Assembly (NCBI GenBank): GCA_004431415.1
Contig: QPMI01000511.1
Location: 62,406-126,405, forward strand
Length of the DNA: 64,000 nucleotides
Direction of reading: 5' to 3'
DNA from: Cyanophora paradoxa CCMP329
Taxonomy: Eukaryota > Plantae > Glaucophyta
Shown here: positions 57,055-64,000 of the stretch, one piece after another
Numbering within the stretch: the stretch's first letter is position 1
Layout of the letters: each line of letters begins with the position of its first letter
Made by a program: the position numbers and the translations under genes
Notes under the pieces: model-generated
What the model saw: the letters and a program-made list of their open reading frames with translations, nothing else
Told to the model about the DNA's origin: nothing
The model's database searches: none

Positions 57055-58512
57055 TTAGAAATATTTTTACTCGAGTCAGCTCAACGAAGAGCTCGACGTA
57101 CAGCCACAGCTTCTCGCGCAGCTCCGGCCCGCTGCCGTAGAGAGCGAGCGCACGGCCGAGGCGTACTCCTGCGGCAGCCTCTCGAAACCGAGTCGTCCTT
57201 CGCCTTGATTAATTCCGCCTCCGCGTTGATGTGCTCCTGAACAGAACGATGACCGCCGTGGCCCCTATGCCGCGCAGCGACTGGATCTGCGCCCGCACCC
57301 CGTGCTCCTTGGCCTCCGGCTCCAGAGGTCGAGGAAGCGGCCCCAGCGCGCCTCGATCTGCTCGCCCAGCGTCGCCTCCGTCGCTGCCATGTGCTCGCGT
57401 GGGCCTCAGAAATTACTGACGGGTCGGAGGGCCCGGCTGCTAGGTCGTACATCTCCGCCTTCCGGGCGTTCGTTTCCGCGAGCATGGTAATCTGACTGTT
57501 CTCCGTGTTCCGGACGAGGGCCTGGAAGGCTGTCTGAATTGCAGTCTGCGATGCTTCGACATACCGGCCACCGTCCCTTTGCACGGAGCGCTTCCATGCG
57601 TCCTTTCTCGAACGGCGTGGCAAGCTGGTTGCTCTGCAGCGCAGGGAGCGGGTTGACGACGCGGGGCAGCAGTTCTGGTCCGCGTAAGGCGTGGCCGTGG
57701 GCAGGGCCGGGCCGCGCGTCCCGGCTGATCGAGGAGCATGCCCCGAACGGATTGCCCCGGCTGAAGTCCACGTCGTTGCGCCCGTAGGGCTTGTTGACGG
57801 CGCTGCTGATGTTGGCCGTCTGCGCGTTGAACATGGCGAGAGGTCGGGGTGTAGCCGCGCGCAGCCCTGCGGGTTCGCAGCCGTCTGCCCGTAGCGACCG
57901 GCCGGCCCGAGCAGGTTCTCCTTCTCGATCTCTTCCATCGTCTGATCCAGCCGCGCTCGCGCGCCCACTTCATGACGAGATCGTCGTAGTTCATCGGAAG
58001 AAAACCTTCTGGTATTTATCGAAGCGCTGAATTTCGATATCCTGCTCGATCATGTTCGTAATTCGCTCCAGCAGCTCGGGTATATTCCTCGAGCATTTGG
58101 CGACGCCCGGCTGCTTCAGGTCGAAGGCCGTCATCGCCCACTGGTCGAAATCGCGAATCATGATTTCCTTCCGCAGCTGAACGCGTTCTCCACATCCTCC
58201 TCGTTGATCGTGCGGCCGGTTCGCGTTCTGCAGCTGCTGTCGGATGCCATGCGCATCAGCTTCTCCATCGAGGGCGTGTACTTCATCGCGGGCAGGGTCT
58301 TCGTTTCCCCCCGCTGAGCCCAGGCCGCGCCTTATCCTCGGGCGTGTAGATGTCCGCCTTCGTCCCATCTACGACGGGCACCTCGGGCATAATCGTGCCC
58401 GGAAGGAACTTGTTCACGATGCGTCCATGTCGGCCTTCAGGTCGTTCTTCAGCGACTGGCGCTGCTTCTTAGAGCCCTCCCCAATGTCCATCATAGAGTG
58501 GCCCTTCGTCAT
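57055..58512 (-). CDS. Viral hypothetical (probably structural) protein, multiple frameshifts
   Basis: Chained fragments: MTKGHSMMDIG..., IRDFDQWAMTAFDLKQPG, PELLERITNMIEQD, MFNAQTANISSAVNKPYG. Confidence 0.55.
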
Positions 58513-58589
58513 CGCGCCTCGGTTAGGATCCCAGTGGAAAATTTATTGGTTCACATCGGCCTACCAGCACACCCTGGCTAACAAGCAAT

Positions 58590-59938
58590 CTAATGGAAGC
58601 GGCGGTAGGCGCCGCCGTTGGTGAAGGTGATCTCGTTGTAGTAGCGGCAGTAGATGTCGGCCACGGGCTTGTCCGTGCCGTAGGTCTTGAGCGTGGTGAG
58701 CGTGAGCTCGATGGTCTTGAAGGCGCCATGTCGAGGCCGCCGAACATCTTGGTGTTGTCGGCCACGTCGTGCCGAAGGGAGCGAGTAGATGAACTCCGTC
58801 CCGAACTGGCCCACGTTGCGGGGCTGGATGTCGCTGCTGTGCCGTCGTGGGTCGCAAGGGTCGTGGGGCCGTGTCGTTGCCCGACCACGGGTGCGGGTGC
58901 AGCGCGTCGGCCACGTCGGCCGCTGCCGTCCCGTCCATCGAGGTCACGCCCGCAGCAGCTCGAGGTGCTTGCGGGCGGGGCGTGCGTGTGCTCCTTGTGC
59001 GCGATGGCCGTGCGCAAAAAGTGCGCGTCGTGGTTCGAGCTATCGAGCACCTTGATGTTGTCGCACTTCAGCTCGATCTTGTCGAGCGGGCGGAAGCGCA
59101 GAAGTGCTCGCCGTTGTCGGTGTGCGGCTTGTCGCGCACCACGATGATCAGCTCGTAGCAGATTCCGGTGAAGGGCAGGCGGATGGCCTTGCGACTCGAA
59201 CGAGACGTGGTAGTGCTGCACGTACTTGCCGCCACGTGAACGAGTTCGGGTGCAGCGCCAGCTCGCGCGAGTCGATGTGCACGTAGCGCAGGATGAGCTT
59301 GGTGTCCAGGCTGACGGTGCTCGTCAGGTTGGTGTTGGTGTGCAGGCCGCCGTCCACGTACGAGGCCGTGATCTCCTTCTGCGAGGCGTACGTGATCTGC
59401 AGCTTCATGTCGTTTCCGGAGCAGCGGAGCTTGTGGAGCGGCACGGCGAACTTTCGACCGTGGCCGTCGCGATGCGAATCGGTATGTACAGCGTGTTCGA
59501 GCCTTGCCCCGGCGGCGCAGCGCTGGTGCGCCCAGAGGTTGTTCACCATGTCGACGTGCTGGACGACGGACTTGTCGTCCTCGAACTCGCGTAGATGGCG
59601 TCGTAATGGCCGTCGTACTCGTGGATCAGCTGGCGCCACGAGATCTTCACCTTCTTGGCAGCACGTAGCCGGCCTTCGGGATGTAGAAGTGGTCCGCGTT
59701 CGTCAGCGCCGGCAGCGTCACCTTGAGCCAGGAGTCGTTGAACATCGGCGCCGAGTGCGGGATGACGATGTCGACGGTCTGGCGAAGCTCACGCCCGACT
59801 GCACGGGGCTCACTCGAGCACCTCGTCGACGAACGGCATCGCCGTGTCGAGGTCTCGTGCACGTGCACCGACGCATCGGAGCTGCGCAGCGAGTGGTGCA
59901 GGGCGGTTCGTGGGGGTGGAGATGAGCGCGGAAGCCAT
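58590..59938 (-). CDS. Major capsid protein, NCLDV-type double jelly-roll (frameshifted)
   Basis: ~450 codons. TVDIVIPHSAPMFNDSWLKVTLPAL; AVPLHKL..NDMKLQITY; DKIELKCDNIKV; C-terminal MFGGLDM..FKTIELTL...DIYCRYYNEITFTNGGAYRRFH parallels the NCLDV G..NFSR...VYAxNYNxLRIxxG end. Confidence 0.8.
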
Positions 59939-59984
59939 GGTGGTTTAGGGGTGCGTTGAGAAAATTTTTTGGGTGGGCCTACGT

Positions 59985-61908
59985 TATTAGAGGGCGCGTC
60001 CCCCGTCTCGCAGGTCCGCGTCGTACGCCTCTGCGGAGTGCGTCGTGATGCAGACCGTCGCGTGTGCGTTAAGATACCCAGGCAATCCTTGGCCCAACAT
60101 GAAGTAACGCTCTGGATCCAAGTTCATGAGTTGCTGGGCCGCTCCTTACGCGCCGCACACGCTCATAAAGGGTGCCCTTTGCCGCAGAATCCGAGCGGGT
60201 CGCTTCTCGCTCAGCTTCGAAGAATTTCACGACATCCCGCCAGGTCCGAAATATCACGGTGCTGCTCTGCTATCGTGCCTGTGCCTGTTGATCCAGCTGC
60301 CTGGCATGGGCTATCGATGCCAGTGGTTGAATCGATTTCTTCTGCAAGGTATTTCGCGCACGGCGGCGTCCCCTGCAGCGCGCGCGATTTCGGCGATACG
60401 CTCACAAGAATCCCTCCCGGCGAGCCGATTGCCGGCGCTCCGCTCCGCTCCTCGTCATGGGATGTCTGGACTGGCTGGAATTGCCTGGAGCCCGGAGCGA
60501 ATTTCTTCAGCAGCCCCCACGGCGAGCTTCTGTCGCCTCTTTCACCTTCTTGGCGGCCAGTTCAAGCGCATCGTTTACGTCCATGGTCGTATACCCGGGT
60601 CTCCGCCCATATCCTTGTACGCGGCCCTGCGCTTGTCCATGGCTTCCATCTCGCGCGGGGACGAGGGGGCGATTTCTATCCCCGCGTTTGCGAGTTGAGC
60701 CTGGACGGCGACGGGCACTGCTCGAGCACGGCCCTTGCCGGCAACGGCCACCGCCTCGGCCGCCACCACCTCTGGCGGGCGCGAGGGCCCCGCCTGCGGC
60801 TCGGGTGGCGGCGGGGGCGGCGGGGGGGTGGCGGGGGCTGCTGCTCCGCTGGGGGCGCCGACGGCCGGGCCACCGTGTCCGGGGGCTGCGAGGGGCCGGG
60901 CTGCGGCTGCAGCGGTGGCGTCTTCGGCCCGGGGGGCGGAGGCGGCGGAGGCGGAGGCCCCGGAGGCGGGGCCCCCCCTTCGTCGTCGGAGTCTGACTCG
61001 ATCATTTCGTCTCTGGGTTCCTTGGATGGCAGGGCCTTCTGAATGAGGGCCTCGCGCGCGCCCTTGCCCGCCTTGATTGCTCTGCCCATGGCCGCCTCCG
61101 GGAAACTGGCCTCGATGGCCTCGTTGTCCCCGTCCGTGATGCGCACCTTCTGCTCGCGGCGGGCCTTGATGTACTTTTCCTTGTCCATCCGCTTCTTCGC
61201 CCGCCTCTCCCTGGGCACGTCGCGCTGGCGGCTCTCGTCCGGCCCCGGCCCCTCGCTGTCCGAGCTCGAGGGCGGCTCGGCCTGGGCGAAGGGCTGGCGC
61301 GTGTTGCGGTTCGCGTAGTCGGGGTCGTACTTCCCTCCGATCAGCTCCTCGGGCTTCTTGTTCTCGCGCGCGTAGATGCTCGTGGGCTTGAACTCCTCGC
61401 CGTTGATGATGTACTTGTAGTAGTAGTACGCGTCCTCGAGGTTCATCGGCCCCAGCGTCTCGAGGCGCTTCTTGCGCTTCAGGAATTCGGTGATCTGATC
61501 CTCCTTCGACTTGCAGAACTCCCGCACGCCCGGCAGCACCGTCAGGTTCTTGCCGTCCACGTCGCAGGCGCCCGCCCCCTTGGCCTTCAGGTTCGCGGTG
61601 AAGGCCGACTGGCCCATCAGCCAGGCGCGGAAGCCCTCCTCGTACTCCTCGTCGAGGCTCGACTCCATCTGCTGGAACTTGTTGATGTAGTAGGCGTTGG
61701 CGATGGCCTGCGCCTCCACCTCGGCGAGCTTGTCCGATTGATCGCGCTCCTCGAACCGAATTTCCGGCGTGGCCCTCGCCAGCGCCGTCTTCATCAGCTG
61801 CTGAAAGTGTGCGTACTTGTCGCTCTCGAAGGGCGTGATGTGCGAGTCCCCGCCCCCCGGGATCGCGAGCACGTTGCGCGGCGCGAAACGCGAGGCGAGC
61901 CCCCTCAT
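59985..61908 (-). CDS. Large viral hypothetical protein with a Pro-rich linker (frameshifted C-terminal half)
   Basis: N-domain EEGFRAWLMG...LTVLPGVREF...GPMNLEDAYYYYKYII; the C-terminal part continues across frames to ~59985. Confidence 0.6.
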
Positions 61909-62183
61909 TTGCACTTCTTAGGAGCCGGCTTTGAAATTTTATCGGTCTTGGCCTTGTCTTCCTTCCCGTCCTTCTTCTCGGCCCCCTTCTTCCCCTGCTT
62001 CGTCGGGCGCATCGCCACGAATATTTCGCCGGGCGAGACGTCCTCGTACAGCGGCTTCGGTCCCTTAGGAAATTCGGGCGGGCCCTTCAGCTTCTCCTTC
62101 GCCTCCTTCACCTCCGCCTTGGTGGGCCGCTCCTGCCCGTTCGTGGGCGCCTTTTTCGCGGGCTTCTTCTGCGCCTCCGGCAT
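61905..62183 (-). CDS. Small Lys-rich viral protein (possible DNA-condensing core protein)
   Basis: 92 aa, very K-rich, upstream ATTTTTCTGG. Confidence 0.6.
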   Translation of the reverse strand: MPEAQKKPAKKAPTNGQERPTKAEVKEAKEKLKGPPEFPKGPKPLYEDVSPGEIFVAMRPTKQGKKGAEKKDGKEDKAKTDKISKPAPKKCK

Positions 62184-62189
62184 GTTTAC

Positions 62190-62522
62190 CCATCACCAGA
62201 AAAATATGGGTTGGCGCCCCCGTACGTCTCGGGGAACTGCCTCTCCCACCTGCGCATGGCCGCGTCCCTCTGGTCGCGAAGCTACGGTAGGCCGCGGCCC
62301 TCTGCCCCATCACGATTTGCCAGAGCCGTGCACGGACCTCGTCCTGCAGTCTGTACACCCAATCGCGAATGTTCTCGACGATATCCGTCGGCAGCGTGGC
62401 CAACCCCGCCTTGATCTCGGGTACATCCGTGGGATCCTCTTCGAGCGTAAGCTTCTGCATGCGAGCGCGCAGCATCTCAATTTGCGTATCGATTGGGGCC
62501 AATAAGGATAGATCGAGACATC
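62190..62522 (-). CDS. Viral hypothetical protein
   Basis: IEMLRARMQKLTLEED...LPTDIVENIRDWVYRLQDE; ends approximate. Confidence 0.45.
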
Positions 62523-62533
62523 GGGGTACGGGG

Positions 62534-62793
62534 TCACTGAGAAATAACACTGGGTCGGAAGAGGAGGTACCCCACCAGGATCCCCGCTATAATCCAGAGG
62601 GGCGACCAGTCGCGCTCCGCCGGCGCGCCCCCGGCGTCACCATCAGCTGCCCCGCCCGGGCCTGCGCAGGCCGTGCGTGCGTGGTCCGCCCAGTGCGGGC
62701 GCGGGAACTGCTCCTGCGGCATGCGCTCGGGGTAGACGCCGTCGAATCGGTTCTGCATTTGTACATGTCCCTATCGAACAGCAGGGAGGCCAT
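62534..62793 (-). CDS. Small viral membrane protein (frameshifted)
   Basis: MASLLFDRDMYK|MQNRFDG...WSPLWIIAGILVGYLLFR. Confidence 0.55.
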
Positions 62794-62796
62794 TTC

Positions 62797-63400
62797 TCAA
62801 TTTGGGAGGGACTTAGAAATACTGCCCGTGAGCTCCCTGTCGCGGATCCTGCGAAAATCCGCGAAGAGCCCGCGCGCGCAGCGCCTGCAGACGAGGCGGG
62901 CCCGCCCGCCCACGCGCGCCACCGAGATCTCGTGGCCGAACTGCAGGTGGCCCGGGAAGCAGGTGGGGGGTAGTCGCAGACGAAGCAGTGAACTGGGCAG
63001 TTGCGCCGCCGGATCACATCTGAATTGCAATCGCGGCTCGCTCGCCGCCTTCCTCGGCGCGCGCTGGCGCTTGGGCTGGCCTCGAGCGGGCTCGGGTCGC
63101 CCTCCGCGGGGGCCGCCTTGGCCTTCTGCCGGGCGCCGCGGGGGGCTTCGGGCCGTAGGGGCTGCCGGTGCCTGGCTCGAGCCGGCGGCCGGGCCAGCGG
63201 CGTCGGTCACCTGCGGGCGCTGCGGCGGCGGGCTGGTCTCCCGGGCCCCCTCCTCGAGGACCCGGCGCATGAAGCGCGAGACGCGGCCGCTGCGTGCAGG
63301 AGCCGACGGCCACCTGGCGGTTTTCTTGCTGGTACGCACCTCGACGTTGGCGAGCTTGGTGTTGGAGCGGCACTTGAAGCAGTAAGTGGGCGTGCTCCAT
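62797..63400 (-). CDS. Viral protein with an N-terminal DUF5679-like zinc ribbon (frameshifted)
   Basis: YCFKCRSNTKLANVEVRTSKK...RVSRFM; second Cys/His cluster CFPGH...CRRC. Confidence 0.5.
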
Positions 63401-63597
63401 GGGATCTAGCTACGGGTGTAGACAGCCTTCAGAAAAAAGTGCGTAGTAGCGGACGGCGCACCGGGGGCAGCAGACGTAGACGCCCGCCTTGAGCACCCAG
63501 CGCGCTTGGTCTGGGGCAGGCGGCAGATTTCGCAGCAGAGGGCCTCGGCTTACGGCACGAGGATCCCATCTGGCGGGCCTCCAGAAATCGCAACGGA

Positions 63598-64000
63598 TCA
63601 CGCGGATTGAGCGCGGCGTAGAGGGCGATTAAGTAGGCGTCGCAGAGGTCGTCGAGCTTGCCGTTTCGATCCGCGATGTCGGCGAGCTCGGCGGTACGAG
63701 GTCGCGGCACTTGTCCACGCGCCCCGCTTGCGCTCCTTGTAGCTCGGGTTCGAGATCTTGAAGAAAGTGCTTGATGGCGCGCGGGCTCACGATCCGCGAC
63801 GCCCGTACAGCAGGGCGTGGAGCGTGCACTCGATGCAGCGATTGATTCCCGTCCTCTGGCCCTCGATCGCGATCTGGTCGGGAAGGCCGAAGGCGCTATG
63901 GCCGCGAGTAACCTCCACCAGGCGCGCCACAAGGCGGCCACAGCAGCGCGCAGACGGGAAGAGGGCGATCTTCTGCCAGTCGAGAATCTGGGATTCCTTT
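63598..64000 (-). CDS. Poxvirus A22/RuvC-like Holliday junction resolvase (5' end outside window, frameshifted)
   Basis: ILDWQKI, IAIEGQ, RCIECTLH, IVSPRAIK.F.ISNPSYKERK, KLDDLCDAYLIALY. Confidence 0.82.

Larger units (their letters stand above)
38425..64000. mobile_element. Endogenous viral element, small Nucleocytoviricota relative (Yaravirus/mriyavirus-like); continues past the window end
   Basis: Dense gene array with an NCLDV-type MCP, A22/RuvC resolvase, OB-fold SSB, SF3 helicase, YqaJ and a DUF5767-like protein. Left boundary inferred from the truncated host gene and a change in gene style. Confidence 0.85.

Noticed and set aside
55418-59938. Programmed ribosomal frameshifting in viral genes
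   Set aside because: Too many shifts per gene and no consistent slippery sites; error or decay is simpler.
60540-60610. Possible VLTF3 'YKRxxH' motif
   Set aside because: That frame hits a stop; the open frame reads GYTTMDVNDALELAAKKVKEA, part of the upstream large protein.
59969-61042. 357-aa plus-strand ORF
   Set aside because: Antisense to a better-supported minus-strand gene in a minus-strand gene block; no motifs.
38425-64000. Polinton/Maverick, virophage or bacterial prophage
   Set aside because: No pPolB, RVE integrase or adenain-like protease seen; capsid, RuvC and DUF5767-like genes are NCLDV-type; spliceosomal introns exclude a bacterial origin.

Overview
This is very GC-rich eukaryotic (protist/alga-like) DNA with short spliceosomal introns. 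Most ORF-track entries are GC-driven artefacts. Host part (1-38.4 kb): an ADCY10-like cyclase/STAND ATPase gene, an EF-hand TKL kinase, a complete tyrosine-recombinase retrotransposon with split direct repeats (13859-23962), a large type-I membrane protein, a SAYSvFN+SEC-C protein, and a dynamin-like GTPase gene missing its P-loop. From about 38.42 kb to the window end lies an endogenous small-Nucleocytoviricota-like (Yaravirus/mriyavirus-like) provirus. It carries an NCLDV-type double-jelly-roll capsid, gp2.5-like SSB, A22/RuvC resolvase, YqaJ nuclease, GNAT, a DUF5767-like protein and an SF3 helicase. Its two large divergent genes carry host-style spliceosomal introns, one of which splits the helicase Walker A. 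Its compact genes are intronless and share an upstream WWTTTCT motif. A central nested inverted-repeat/iteron hub may be an origin or fused genome termini. A 921-bp insertion with a 14-bp target-site duplication interrupts the helicase gene. Many 1-nt frameshifts could be decay or long-read assembly error. All family assignments come from motif recognition by eye, not database searches.
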